A stretch of 64,000 bases of DNA from a virus. Lineage: Duplodnaviria; Caudoviricetes. Of the stretch, positions 18,235 through 27,893 are shown piece by piece. How positions within the stretch are numbered: position 1 is the stretch's first letter; every line of letters begins with the position of its first letter. The notes under the pieces are model-generated. The model was not told where the DNA came from, ran no database searches, and saw only the letters and a list, made by a program, of their open reading frames with translations. The DNA lies in the IMG/VR virus record IMGVR_UViG_2513237120_000001, positions 2,467-66,466 of that record; one strand, 5' to 3'. The position numbers and the translations under genes are program-made.

Positions 18235-18565
18235 CGCCCCGACGCTGTTCGACCACCTGCCGCCCGCCGAGGACTCGCCCGCCACCGAGCCGCACCAGGC
18301 ATGGGAGGACATGAGTCCGGAAGAGCGCAAGCGCGCCGCTCGCGCAGGCGTGCTCGCCGCCCAAGAAATGATGGCGGAATGGTACGCCCTGCGGGCTGAA
18401 CTGGCAGGCCAGGACGATGCGGGCACTGACACCACCGATCTGCGTGAGGGCCCGTCCGTGACCTCACCGCCGCTCGCCGCCGAGCGGCAGGCCCGAAAAT
18501 CGGCCGACGACTGCACGAACTGGTGCGCACCCCGGCCTGAGGGCCAGTCCTGCTGGTGTACATGA
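18224..18565 (+). CDS. Hypothetical protein
   Basis: ORF track; operon context. Confidence 0.5.
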   Translation: MSADAPTLFDHLPPAEDSPATEPHQAWEDMSPEERKRAARAGVLAAQEMMAEWYALRAELAGQDDAGTDTTDLREGPSVTSPPLAAERQARKSADDCTNWCAPRPEGQSCWCT

Positions 18566-18825
18566 AGGACCAACTCCGGACCGACGAGGGCACGCACGTC
18601 GACATGATCGCGCGGATCCTCGTCGGCTCCGACTGGGACGACGGCGTCCGGTACACCGACATCGGCACCCGCGAGACCGTCGAGCACCTCGCCAGGCAGA
18701 TCATCGCCACGCTCCAGCCCGCCCACTACAGGGAAGCCGCGGGCTCCCTCGACCACATCCATCCCGAAGCGGCACGGCTGCTGCGGAGTGTCGCGAAAGA
18801 CCTCGAAGAAGGAGAACCCGAATGA
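18562..18825 (+). CDS. Hypothetical protein
   Basis: ATGA coupling. Confidence 0.5.
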   Translation: MKDQLRTDEGTHVDMIARILVGSDWDDGVRYTDIGTRETVEHLARQIIATLQPAHYREAAGSLDHIHPEAARLLRSVAKDLEEGEPE

Positions 18826-18935
18826 AGACCTGCGAGAACTGCTACGGCCAATACGACCCGGATATCGAGGGCGCTGACGGGCTCTGCGAGGAGTGCTACG
18901 GCGACCAGTTCGAGGAGGCCCCCGATGAGGACTGA
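18822..18935 (+). CDS. 37-aa CxxC-CxxC microprotein (not in ORF track)
   Basis: MKTCENCYGQYDPDIEGADGLCEECYGDQFEEAPDED; RBS GAAGGAG, ATGA coupling. Confidence 0.55.
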   Translation: MKTCENCYGQYDPDIEGADGLCEECYGDQFEEAPDED

Positions 18936-19197
18936 GACCCGACCTCGCCGCCGGATCGCACGGAAGCGCCACTACTGCAACGGCTGCGGCACCACCGCGA
19001 TCGCGCCCGGCCAGCCGTACCTGTCCGGGACCGTGTTCCCCGGCCACGACCTCATCCAGACCACCATCCCGCTGCGGCTAGCCGAATGCGGCGACTGCGC
19101 GACCCGGTACGGCCGCGCGCACCTGCTGGGAGACGCCTCCGAGACGATCGCCGCCGCGCTCGACCGGGCGCACAACGAAGGAGAGAGGTCACGATGA
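18925..19197 (+). CDS. Zn-ribbon hypothetical protein
   Basis: ARKRHYCNGCG...ECGDC. Confidence 0.6.
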   Translation: MRTETRPRRRIARKRHYCNGCGTTAIAPGQPYLSGTVFPGHDLIQTTIPLRLAECGDCATRYGRAHLLGDASETIAAALDRAHNEGERSR

Positions 19198-19589
19198 TCC
19201 GCTCCGAGAAATTCCTCATCTCCCAACGCCCCTACGCCATCAACCTCGACAGCTTCACCGTCGAGGAACGCGACATGAACGACCGCATGTACTGGGTGGT
19301 CGATGTCGAATCCGTCTGGTTCCGACGCCGCCGCGGCGCTACCGTCGCCGCCATCGGACACATCCAGTCCTACAACTTCGACCACCGGCCCGCCGACGTC
19401 CACTCGTTCCTTACTGGGCTCGACGACAGCCGCGACAGCGGACGGTGCGAAGGCCGCTGGGACGGCACCCGCTACTGGGGCGCGCAGGAGCCCAACGTGA
19501 TCGAGAAGCACCTGGCGTTGCTGCGGCCCATGCTCGACAACTATCCGGCCATCCCGGACGGCTTCGACGGCTGGTGGCGGTTCCGATGA
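19194..19589 (+). CDS. Hypothetical protein
   Basis: ATGA coupling; aromatic-rich. Confidence 0.55.
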   Translation: MIRSEKFLISQRPYAINLDSFTVEERDMNDRMYWVVDVESVWFRRRRGATVAAIGHIQSYNFDHRPADVHSFLTGLDDSRDSGRCEGRWDGTRYWGAQEPNVIEKHLALLRPMLDNYPAIPDGFDGWWRFR

Positions 19590-19894
19590 GCAGCGAATTC
19601 AGGGAAATCCGCGAAGACCTGAATACCAGCGGAGATGTTCAGGGGAACCTGACACCAGCCGAGCAGGCCGCCGCCGACGCGCTCATGGACACGATCGGAT
19701 CGAGCCTTACGGACACCGCCCGCGCCGTGGTAGCCGCCGTCCGGCCCGAGATCTACGACGAGATCGCAACCCAGCTCGAACAGCAGCAATTCCTCAAGGG
19801 CGAGCGGGCATGGCCGTTCGTGGACCTGCTCCGCCAGACCGCGAACGGCATACGCTACGCCGCCCGCCAGGCCGAGGAGAGCGACCGTGGCTAG
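19586..19894 (+). CDS. Hypothetical protein
   Basis: ATGA coupling. Confidence 0.5.
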   Translation: MSSEFREIREDLNTSGDVQGNLTPAEQAAADALMDTIGSSLTDTARAVVAAVRPEIYDEIATQLEQQQFLKGERAWPFVDLLRQTANGIRYAARQAEESDRG

Positions 19895-20381
19895 CGCGAT
19901 CGGCGCCCACCACTCCGCCAGGGCCAGATCCAACGTCTGGCTGACCCCGCCGGGGATCACCGAAGCGCTCGGCCCGTTCGATCTGGACCCGTGCGGGCAC
20001 GAAGGATGGCCGACCGCGAAAGAGCTGATCTGCCCGCCCCGCGACGGCCTCACCGAACCCTGGCACGGCCGGGTGTGGTTGAACTGCCCGTATCGGGAAA
20101 TCGGGGCGTGGCTGGCCAAGCTCGCCGACCACGGCGACGGGATCGCGTTGACGTTCGCCCGCACCGAGACCGCCTGGTTCATCGACCACATCTGGAAGAA
20201 GGCCACCGGAGTCAAGTTCCTGCACGGCAGGATCCGGTTCTGGCACCCCGAGGGCTACCAGGCCCGCGACAACGCCGGCGCCCCCTCCGTCCTGGCCGCC
20301 TACGGCCCCGAGTGCGCCCGGTCCCTCCGCGATGACACCCGCATCCGCGGCACCTACCTGCCCATCAGGAGCACGCCATGA
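19887..20381 (+). CDS. Phage Dam-like N6-adenine DNA methyltransferase
   Basis: WLTPP...FDLDPC...WHGRVWLNCPY...FARTETAWF...GRIRF; motif IV is NCPY. Confidence 0.8.
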   Translation: MASAIGAHHSARARSNVWLTPPGITEALGPFDLDPCGHEGWPTAKELICPPRDGLTEPWHGRVWLNCPYREIGAWLAKLADHGDGIALTFARTETAWFIDHIWKKATGVKFLHGRIRFWHPEGYQARDNAGAPSVLAAYGPECARSLRDDTRIRGTYLPIRSTP

Positions 20382-20710
20382 CGTTCCACTACGACCCGGG
20401 CCCGTGCCCCTGCTGCAATCTCGACGGCCCCACGCGCGCCGAGGCCGAGCGGGCGGCTGACTGGCCGACCGCTACGGCGGCGCCGTGGACGGCCCGCCGG
20501 GCCGCCAGGGCCCGAGCCGCTGTCGACGGCGCGGACGGCTACCCCGTGGACCCGGCCGCCCTCGACTGGCCCCCGCCGCCCCCGGTCTCAGTCCACCAGG
20601 AACTGATCCGGCAGGGCCCGCTCCTCGACGAGGACGCCCGCGACATCCAGACACAGAACCGACCGAGCATCATCCGCCGAATCCTCAACGCACGAAAGGC
20701 AAGCACATGA
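20378..20710 (+). CDS. Hypothetical protein
   Basis: ORF track; coupled overlaps. Confidence 0.45.
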   Translation: MTFHYDPGPCPCCNLDGPTRAEAERAADWPTATAAPWTARRAARARAAVDGADGYPVDPAALDWPPPPPVSVHQELIRQGPLLDEDARDIQTQNRPSIIRRILNARKAST

Positions 20711-21039
20711 CCACGAACGAACTCCAGGCCAGCGTCGTGCTGGGCGATATCGCCGCCGAGCAGGTCCGCCAAGACGCGAAGTTCGGCGAACAGAACCACA
20801 TCGACGGCACCGGCGACTACGACGAGGCCGCCGACGCGGCTCGGAGGGCTTGCCAACGAGCGGCAAAGCACGGTTACCTCACCTGGCGGCATGTCCTGGC
20901 TGAGGAGGTGGCCGAGGCGTTCGCCGAGACCGACCCTGCCAAGCTCCGCGCCGAGCTCATTCAGGTCGCGGCTGTCGCGGCGACATGGGTCGAAGCGATC
21001 GACCGGCGCACTCCTGGCCTGGACGGAGCCGGATCATGA
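20707..21039 (+). CDS. MazG-like (all-alpha NTP pyrophosphatase-like) protein
   Basis: ERQDAKFG-like, VLAEEVAEA...ELIQVAAVA. Confidence 0.6.
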   Translation: MTTNELQASVVLGDIAAEQVRQDAKFGEQNHIDGTGDYDEAADAARRACQRAAKHGYLTWRHVLAEEVAEAFAETDPAKLRAELIQVAAVAATWVEAIDRRTPGLDGAGS

Positions 21040-21218
21040 GGCCAGACCATCCCAACGTCGGCTGCTTCAACCGTTACGAAGACGCTCAGGAGCAGGCCCG
21101 CTTCCGCGCTGATATCACGGGGCTCCGCTACCGCGTGCACTTCGAACGAGAGAACCGGTGGTGGCAGATCGTAGAGACGACTCGCCCACTGGCCAGCCGA
21201 AACGGAGCTGGGTCATGA
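21036..21218 (+). CDS. Hypothetical protein
   Basis: ATGA coupling. Confidence 0.45.
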   Translation: MRPDHPNVGCFNRYEDAQEQARFRADITGLRYRVHFERENRWWQIVETTRPLASRNGAGS

Positions 21219-21967
21219 GCGACCGCATGGACGCCGTCCTCACCAGCATCGACCAGGCCCTCGACGGCTGCGACGACGACTGGGCCGTCTCCGGCGACGC
21301 CATGCGCTGGGCACCCCCCGGACAGGAAGCCAGCGAACCCCCTTGCGCCTGCACCATGTCCACCCTGTGCGACTACCACGGGCACGAACACCGAGCGCTG
21401 ACCTCGCGCATGTTCGACATGGTCAACCTGAATTGCACCTGCGGGCACCTCGCAGTGTCGTTCCTCGGAGACGTGAACGACGAAGCGATCGAAGCGAAGT
21501 TCGCCGAGCACCTCGACGAGGCACGAGCACCCGCCGACGAAGACGAGTCGCTCGACCACACCATGCCCACCCAGAGCTGGGCCGTGACCGTCCCGGTCAC
21601 CTGCACGTACGTGAACCACGAAGCCATGAACGACCTCTTCGACGAAGACGACCCGCGAAACACCATCCGCGACAACCTCAACCAGATGCAGGACGAAGCG
21701 TGGCGGGCCGCTCTCGAACACCTCCAGGCCGACACCGGAGCGTCCGCCAACGGCGAACCCGACGAGGGCCAAGAGGTGTTCATCGGGTTCGACGTCGTCG
21801 GCGACACCGTCACCTACGCGATGGTGTCCGGCGACTGCATCTGGCGGACCGGATCGTTCCCGGCCCCTGAAGGCATCGACGAGGAGTGGCGTGACCACAT
21901 GGGCCAGATCGTCGTCAAGGGCACCTGGACCAGCCAGCCCACCACCGACCCTAGGAGCACACCGTGA
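21215..21967 (+). CDS. Mosaic acidic hypothetical protein
   Basis: ATGA coupling. Confidence 0.5.
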   Translation: MSDRMDAVLTSIDQALDGCDDDWAVSGDAMRWAPPGQEASEPPCACTMSTLCDYHGHEHRALTSRMFDMVNLNCTCGHLAVSFLGDVNDEAIEAKFAEHLDEARAPADEDESLDHTMPTQSWAVTVPVTCTYVNHEAMNDLFDEDDPRNTIRDNLNQMQDEAWRAALEHLQADTGASANGEPDEGQEVFIGFDVVGDTVTYAMVSGDCIWRTGSFPAPEGIDEEWRDHMGQIVVKGTWTSQPTTDPRSTP

Positions 21968-22392
21968 GCAGCACCTACAAGGCCATCTGCCTCTCCCACA
22001 ACCCCGCCATCGAAATCCACGGCGAAGACCACGACGACCTGACCTGGAACGACCGCGAAACCGGGCTCGGCGCCCTCGCCCGCCGCACAGGCGACCTCGC
22101 CGCACACAAGACGTGCGACCTCGTCCTCGGCGCCTACAGCTACCCGCTCTGGGAAATCACCTGCCCCGTGAGCTCCGGGAAGCGCGTCGAGGGCATCAAG
22201 GACGGGTCGATCTGCTGCCACAACTACGACAAGTCCATCCAGGTCGACTGGCTGCGCTTGATGATCGCCGCGCTCATCGAGCCCACGACGGCCACAAAGA
22301 GGGTCCTCGAACGCCGGCTGATCGACGGATGTTGGCCGCCTGACCGGGTCTTGCGGTTGCGGCCCCTCCTGCTTCCCGAGGAGGACCAGTGA
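21964..22392 (+). CDS. Hypothetical protein
   Basis: GTGA coupling. Confidence 0.55.
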   Translation: MSSTYKAICLSHNPAIEIHGEDHDDLTWNDRETGLGALARRTGDLAAHKTCDLVLGAYSYPLWEITCPVSSGKRVEGIKDGSICCHNYDKSIQVDWLRLMIAALIEPTTATKRVLERRLIDGCWPPDRVLRLRPLLLPEEDQ

Positions 22393-22599
22393 CCGACTCC
22401 CGGATCGGGACGCCAGCGGGCAAGCCGTCGACCACCTCCTCGAGCGCCACAACGCGGGCCTCGTCGGTGAGAAGGAGGCGATAAACCGGCTACTTCCCCG
22501 CCACCAGCGAAAACACTGGAATCAGTAGCCATGAAGTAACTCAACGCACACATAAACCCCGGGAAAACCGACACCACACCCCCTCCACCCACGATCCCG

Positions 22600-23355
22600 A
22601 TGGAGGACCACATGGAAACCCGAGCACACACCGAGCGCGTCTGCGTCACCTGCCCCGCCCTCGGCCGCGATGGCGAGCACGACCGCCCACAGCCCAACCT
22701 GTACGACTACCGCCACTCATGCGGAGAATGCCGCGCCCAACTCCCCGGCATCCTGAAGCGGATCCCGCTCAACCACGCCGAGCTCGACCCCACACCCGGC
22801 TCCACCAAAGGCGAGCACGTCACCGGCACCATGGACGCCCCTCTCGGCGTCCGCGTCGCCGTCCTCGACGAACTCTCCACCGGCCCCGCCATCGCACTCG
22901 CCTCACCGCCCATCCCGATAGGGCCCGACCAAGAAGGCACCCTCCCCGCAGTCAGGGTCCTCGGGCACATCGCGCACGCCTGGCTCCCCGCCTGGCAAGA
23001 AGCCCACCCGGACGAACACCTCCCAGCCGCGACCGTGGAAGACCTCGCCGACTGGCTCGCCAAACGCGTCGACTGGGCACTCAACACCCTCCCCGCGCTC
23101 ATGCCCGACCACGCCGCCTACCTCCGGGCACTCGACCACAGGCTCGACCGCCTCAATGGCAGTGGCACCAACAAACCCACCATCATCGATGGCGTCGCCT
23201 GCCGCGAATGCGACCGCTACTCCCTCATCCGCCAAGGCGACGACGTCATCTGCACCGCCAAAGGCTGCCGCTGCCGCATGTCCCCAGCCGAGTACGAGAG
23301 GTGGACGAAACTGTCTGCCGCCCACGCCCAACAAGACCACCAGAAGGCCGCGTAA
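22600..23355 (+). CDS. Zn-ribbon-containing putative late regulator
   Basis: CxxC pairs at both termini (CVTC, CGEC, CREC, CxxxxC); position upstream of the packaging genes. Confidence 0.55.
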   Translation: MEDHMETRAHTERVCVTCPALGRDGEHDRPQPNLYDYRHSCGECRAQLPGILKRIPLNHAELDPTPGSTKGEHVTGTMDAPLGVRVAVLDELSTGPAIALASPPIPIGPDQEGTLPAVRVLGHIAHAWLPAWQEAHPDEHLPAATVEDLADWLAKRVDWALNTLPALMPDHAAYLRALDHRLDRLNGSGTNKPTIIDGVACRECDRYSLIRQGDDVICTAKGCRCRMSPAEYERWTKLSAAHAQQDHQKAA

Positions 23356-23412
23356 CCCATCAAGCAGCGGAAACACCCGCTACCCGTCAACACACCCATG
23401 AGAGGATGAAGC

Positions 23413-23733
23413 ATGGACGACACGAACCACCTCCAAGCCACCGTCAGCGAACGCGGGCTCGTCTACCTCCCGCCCATCGAAAGCGGCCACCGGATCGCCG
23501 GCGGCCGAGCCAGGGCCGAAGTGCAAACCTCTTCGGCGGTGGAGCCGTCGGTCTGGCTGCGCGTCACCGACGAGATCGGCTACGACAACAACGGGGACGG
23601 GATCGGCCCGGTGCACACCGGTGACGTTGTCGAGCTCGCGCTGCACCTGTCGAACGGGGAGGCGGTGCGTCTCGCCGAGCAGATCATGGCGTTGACGGTC
23701 GGGACGCCGACGGTCGAGATCGGTGAGGGCTGA
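23413..23733 (+). CDS. Hypothetical protein
   Basis: ORF track; RBS GAGGA. Confidence 0.55.
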   Translation: MDDTNHLQATVSERGLVYLPPIESGHRIAGGRARAEVQTSSAVEPSVWLRVTDEIGYDNNGDGIGPVHTGDVVELALHLSNGEAVRLAEQIMALTVGTPTVEIGEG

Positions 23734-23736
23734 ACC

Positions 23737-24030
23737 ATGACCACTGTTGAGGACGCGATCGCCTGGCGCAACCGCCACGGCATCGCGCTCGCCGAAGCGT
23801 TCGGGCTCGACCCGGACAAGACCGCCGTCGACATCAGCGTCGAGCCGGACAGCGTCACCTTCAAACAGGTCGGCGCCGGCCACGACATACCCGCTCCGGC
23901 CGTCGTTCGGGGTGACGGCGTCAGCAGCGTTACGACCGTCGAGTTCCCTGCCGTGGCGTGGACTCCGGAGCAGCGGCGGGCGGTGAACGCCTACCTCGGT
24001 CAGTTCCCGGCGCGGGAGGACCAGCCGTGA
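23737..24030 (+). CDS. Hypothetical protein
   Basis: ORF track. Confidence 0.55.
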   Translation: MTTVEDAIAWRNRHGIALAEAFGLDPDKTAVDISVEPDSVTFKQVGAGHDIPAPAVVRGDGVSSVTTVEFPAVAWTPEQRRAVNAYLGQFPAREDQP

Positions 24031-24073
24031 CCAAGCAGCAGTTCATCACCGAGTTCATCGGCTGGAGAGACTG

Positions 24074-24697
24074 ATGGCCGATCTCATCACCGCAGGGATC
24101 GGTTTCGTCGGCGTACTTGCCGGTGGCTACCTCACCCACCGGACCCAGATGCGAGCGCTCCGGGACGCGCAAGCGAACGATCGACGCACCCGCGAAGCCG
24201 ACATCGTCGGGGAACTCGCCTCCGCATCCATAACCTGGATATCCATGATCGGCAACAAGATCCTTGACGCCGAGAACCACGCCCGCGGCATCGGAAACAT
24301 GGAGTACACCGCTCAAGCCATGGAACGATGGGAAGCCGATAGCCGCACTTTCACATCCGCGCTTGCGCGAGTCCGGTGCGGCACCCTCAACCCTGGGTTG
24401 CGGGACCCGCTCAAGAAGATCTGGGTGATCTGGCACGATGCCACCACCCTCGTCAACAGCGCGTACCTCGACGCAGACGAGATTCGCAACCACCGAAAAA
24501 CCATGGACAGCTTCAAAGGAGCCACACGCTTCGAGACCATCAAGTCCTACCGCGCGGACATCGTGACCGCGATCGACGAACTCAGTGGCGCCAGCAGGGC
24601 ATGGGGCGGCTATATCGAAGCCAAACGGCCATGGTCGAAGCGTGTTTTCGGGAGAGGTCGTGCGATGGAGGCAACCAGCAGCCAACACGGCGCGTGA
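24074..24697 (+). CDS. Accessory N-terminally anchored protein
   Basis: TM LITAGIGFVGVLAGGYL then a helical domain; visibly lower GC. Confidence 0.6.
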   Translation: MADLITAGIGFVGVLAGGYLTHRTQMRALRDAQANDRRTREADIVGELASASITWISMIGNKILDAENHARGIGNMEYTAQAMERWEADSRTFTSALARVRCGTLNPGLRDPLKKIWVIWHDATTLVNSAYLDADEIRNHRKTMDSFKGATRFETIKSYRADIVTAIDELSGASRAWGGYIEAKRPWSKRVFGRGRAMEATSSQHGA

Positions 24698-24704
24698 ACA
24701 CCAC

Positions 24705-25217
24705 ATGGATCCCCTGACAATCACGTTCATCTCGATCGGCGTCTCCATCACCGTGTCCACCATCGTCACACTCGCCGTCGAATGGATAGCGAAACCACAA
24801 CTCGAAGCCAGGAAAGAACACATCCTCGATCGACACCGCGCACTCCGAGCAATCTCCGCACTAGCGAAGACCGAAAAACGTCGTTCGATCGAGCTCGAAC
24901 TGGACCGGATCGAACGTACCAGCCCTCTCCACGAATTCGATGAAGAGATCGAAGACCCTCCCAGCGAGGACAGTCCATACGGACAGTTCCGCCGCCTAAG
25001 GGCTGAGGTAGACCCACCTCAATACCACGTCGAAGAAATCATCCTCAGCTCGATCAGCAGCATGCTCTCCGTTTCGCCAGGGGTCGTAGAGGTACGAGAC
25101 CGCGCCCACGTATTGGAAGCTGCCGCCAACGCGCTCACCGTGCCACGCTGGCGCCCCCGTACACGGAGACGCTTGTACAAGCAGTTCTTCGACACGCTCG
25201 GCGAAGCGGGGATGTGA
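24705..25217 (+). CDS. Accessory N-terminally anchored protein
   Basis: TM LTITFISIGVSITVSTIVTLAVEWI; visibly lower GC. Confidence 0.6.
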   Translation: MDPLTITFISIGVSITVSTIVTLAVEWIAKPQLEARKEHILDRHRALRAISALAKTEKRRSIELELDRIERTSPLHEFDEEIEDPPSEDSPYGQFRRLRAEVDPPQYHVEEIILSSISSMLSVSPGVVEVRDRAHVLEAAANALTVPRWRPRTRRRLYKQFFDTLGEAGM

Positions 25218-25220
25218 GAC

Positions 25221-25343
25221 ATGGACTTCGCTTACAAACTCTTCGCCCTCGCCCACCTTCAGATCCGCGGCGAGTGGTTCGGGTACGCGGACGACATCAA
25301 GGAGCATATCGAACAACTCGGGTCTCAGCCGCCTCCCAGTTGA
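25221..25343 (+). pseudogene. Possible C-terminal remnant of a GIY-YIG (T5orf172-type) protein
   Basis: FALAHLQIRGEWF resembles the family C-terminal RxxGEWF motif; N-terminal domain missing. Confidence 0.3.
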
Positions 25344-25426
25344 CGAACTGGAAAACGGGTGTCACACTTGGGTGCATCTAGACGCTACCCAAATACTGAG
25401 AGCCTCACCCCCGCGGTGGGGCTTTT
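25340..25426 (+). promoter_or_regulatory. Putative late promoter followed by a terminator hairpin
   Basis: TTGACG(25340)-17 nt-CACACT; AGCCTCACC/GGTGGGGCT-TTT at 25401-25426. Confidence 0.4.
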
Positions 25427-25446
25427 CGCATATCCGGGGGTGGAAC

Positions 25447-25725
25447 ATGGTTGACCCTGACGCGCTTGTCTCCGGCCCGGACGCCGCCGCGCACCTCACT
25501 GAGCACACGCCTTCCCGCGTCACCAACGACATGATCCGCAAGTGGGCGTCCCGAGGCTGGAAGGCCCGTGAAGGGGAGAAACGGAAGCTCGAAGCCGTCG
25601 ACTATGAAGGCCCGCGCAACTCGGCCCGCTACCGGTGGTCTGATCTCCTCGACGCCGAACGCGACACCCGCCGCAACCCCAAGTCGCCCGGCCGCGCGAG
25701 AACCCCGCTCGCCGTCGCCGCCTAA
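25447..25725 (+). CDS. Small HTH (MerR-like) protein preceding terminase
   Basis: LVSGPDAAAHL...VTNDMIRKWASRG...RYRWSDLLDAE. Confidence 0.65.
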   Translation: MVDPDALVSGPDAAAHLTEHTPSRVTNDMIRKWASRGWKAREGEKRKLEAVDYEGPRNSARYRWSDLLDAERDTRRNPKSPGRARTPLAVAA

Positions 25726-25737
25726 ACGGGAGGTGCC

Positions 25738-26367
25738 ATGCCGTTCCCCAACACCTACCCCGAAGGCCACGAACGCCAATGCAAAGCCACCTCGAACCGC
25801 ACCGGCAAACGCTGCGGGAAGTGGGCGCTGAAAGGCATGACCGTCTGCGGCACACACGGCGGACGCTCTCCCAGGGCCAAGGCCGGTGCCGAGCGCCGCC
25901 TCGCCGAACAGGAGGCACAGAAAGCTGTGAAAACGTTCGGCCTCCCCCGTGAAGTTGACCCCCGCGACGCGCTCCTCGAAGAGGTCTACCGCACCGCCGG
26001 CGCCATCGACTGGCTCACCTCCAAGGTCCGTGAACTCGAACCCGAAGCCGCCGTATGGGGCGTCACCGAGCAGGTCTCGAAGACCGCCACCGAATACGAA
26101 GGCGTCGACACCACCCATGCTGCCGCGGTGAACGTCTGGGTTGAGCTGTGGCAGAAAGAACGCAAGCACCTCGTCGACGTCTCCAAGGCCGCGATCTCCG
26201 CTGGTATCGAGGAACGGCGTGTGCGTCTCGCTGAGCAGCAGGGCGCGCTGCTCGCCTCGGTGATCAAGCAGATCCTCGGCGACCTTCAGCTCACCCCCAG
26301 GCAGGCCGCTGAGGCGCCCAGGATCGTCTCTGACCGGCTCCGTGCCGTCTCCATGTCTCTCAACTAG
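25738..26367 (+). CDS. Terminase small subunit-like protein (HGGxSP family)
   Basis: [13 protein letters not shown]...CGTHGGRSP; directly upstream of terL. Confidence 0.7.
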   Translation: MPFPNTYPEGHERQCKATSNRTGKRCGKWALKGMTVCGTHGGRSPRAKAGAERRLAEQEAQKAVKTFGLPREVDPRDALLEEVYRTAGAIDWLTSKVRELEPEAAVWGVTEQVSKTATEYEGVDTTHAAAVNVWVELWQKERKHLVDVSKAAISAGIEERRVRLAEQQGALLASVIKQILGDLQLTPRQAAEAPRIVSDRLRAVSMSLN

Positions 26368-26381
26368 CCGGCCAGGAGAGG

Positions 26382-27875
26382 GTGATGGACACCCTCAACG
26401 CCTTCGAGGCCGCCGCCCGGCACTTCGAGCCACCCGAACCTCGCGATACCCCGTGGAATACGCCGCTGGATCTCGCCGTGGCACTCGACCCCCGCACTGT
26501 CCGCACACCAGCCCTGGACCTGATCGGCTCGGCTCTGGTCGATGTCGCTGAGGGCCGCTGCCAACGCCTCATGATCTCGATGAGCCCGCAGGAAGGAAAA
26601 TCTGAGGCGTGTTCGCGCAGGTTTCCGACGTGGATGCTCGCGAAGTACCCGTGGCTGCGGATCGCGGTCGTGTCGTACGCGCACGGCATCGCCAGACGTT
26701 GGGGCCGGCGCATCCGGGACGACATCGGCGAGCACACCGACAAGCTCGGTATCAGCGTCGACCCGGCGACGTCGGCGGCCGATGAGTGGAAGCTCCTCGG
26801 CCACGACGGCTCAGTCTACTGTGTAGGAATAAAAGGCGCGTTGACCGGCAAACCGGTCGATCTGCTTATCATCGACGACCCCTACCGCGACGGCGAACAA
26901 GCCGACTCCGACGCCTGGCGCGAAACCGTCGAAGACTGGTGGACCGAAGTCGCCATCCCCCGCCTCGGCCCCGGTGTCGCTTGTGTAGTGATCCAGACCC
27001 GCTGGCGGCATGACGACCTCTCCGGTTGGCTCCAGGCCCGCGACGACGGCATCGACTGGCGCGTCATCAACATCCCCGCCAAGGCCGACCACGACCCGAA
27101 CAAGGGTGAAACCGACGTCCTCGGGCGCGCGGTCGGCGAGTACATGATCTCCGCCAGGGGCCGCACCCGAGAGCAGTGGGAGCAGCGTCAACGCGAGGTC
27201 GGCTCCAGGGCATGGCTCGCGCTCTTCCAGGGCCGGCCAACCCCCGCCTCCGGCAACGTCTTCCAACGCACCTGGTTCACCGATCACGCCTACGAACAAC
27301 CCCAATGGACCGAACACCCCAACGGGACACGGACCGCGCTCGGCTTCGACGAGATCATCGCCTCCTGGGACATGGCATTCAAAGGCACCGACGGCTCCGA
27401 CTACGTGTGCGGACAAGTATGGGGCCGCCGCGGCGTCGAAGCATGGCTCCTCGACCAAACCCACGGACACCTCGATTTCGTCGACACCCTCGAAGCCGTC
27501 CGGACCCTCGCGGCCCGCTGGCCGCAGGCGACCGCGAAGTACGTCGAGGACAAAGCGAACGGCACCGCCGTGATCAACATGCTCCGCCGGACCGTCGCCG
27601 GGCTGATCCCGGTCGAACCGGAAGGCTCCAAGGTCGCCCGTGCTGCCGCGGTCTCCCCGTTTATCGAGGCCGGGAACGTCCACGTCCCAAATGTCGAACT
27701 CGCGCCGTGGGTCGGCGACCTCATCGAAGAGGCCGCTGGTTTCCCGCGTGCAGCGCATGACGACCAAGTGGACGCGATGACACAGGCACTGAACCGGCTC
27801 CTGCTCAACCCGCTCCTGATCGATAACGACGTGATCGAGGACGACGAAGCCGAGCAGTACATCAGCCCCTACTAA
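26382..27875 (+). CDS. terL: Terminase large subunit
   Basis: MSPQEGKS, LLIIDDP, IQTRWRHDDL, SWDMAFK, EDKANG, AHDDQVDA. Confidence 0.92.
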   Translation: MMDTLNAFEAAARHFEPPEPRDTPWNTPLDLAVALDPRTVRTPALDLIGSALVDVAEGRCQRLMISMSPQEGKSEACSRRFPTWMLAKYPWLRIAVVSYAHGIARRWGRRIRDDIGEHTDKLGISVDPATSAADEWKLLGHDGSVYCVGIKGALTGKPVDLLIIDDPYRDGEQADSDAWRETVEDWWTEVAIPRLGPGVACVVIQTRWRHDDLSGWLQARDDGIDWRVINIPAKADHDPNKGETDVLGRAVGEYMISARGRTREQWEQRQREVGSRAWLALFQGRPTPASGNVFQRTWFTDHAYEQPQWTEHPNGTRTALGFDEIIASWDMAFKGTDGSDYVCGQVWGRRGVEAWLLDQTHGHLDFVDTLEAVRTLAARWPQATAKYVEDKANGTAVINMLRRTVAGLIPVEPEGSKVARAAAVSPFIEAGNVHVPNVELAPWVGDLIEEAAGFPRAAHDDQVDAMTQALNRLLLNPLLIDNDVIEDDEAEQYISPY

Positions 27876-27893
27876 CCCAGGGAGGGGGCCCCG

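Noticed and set aside
22389-22545. Short open frames before the putative late regulator
   Set aside because: Protein-like fragment without a convincing start; possibly a remnant but unsupported
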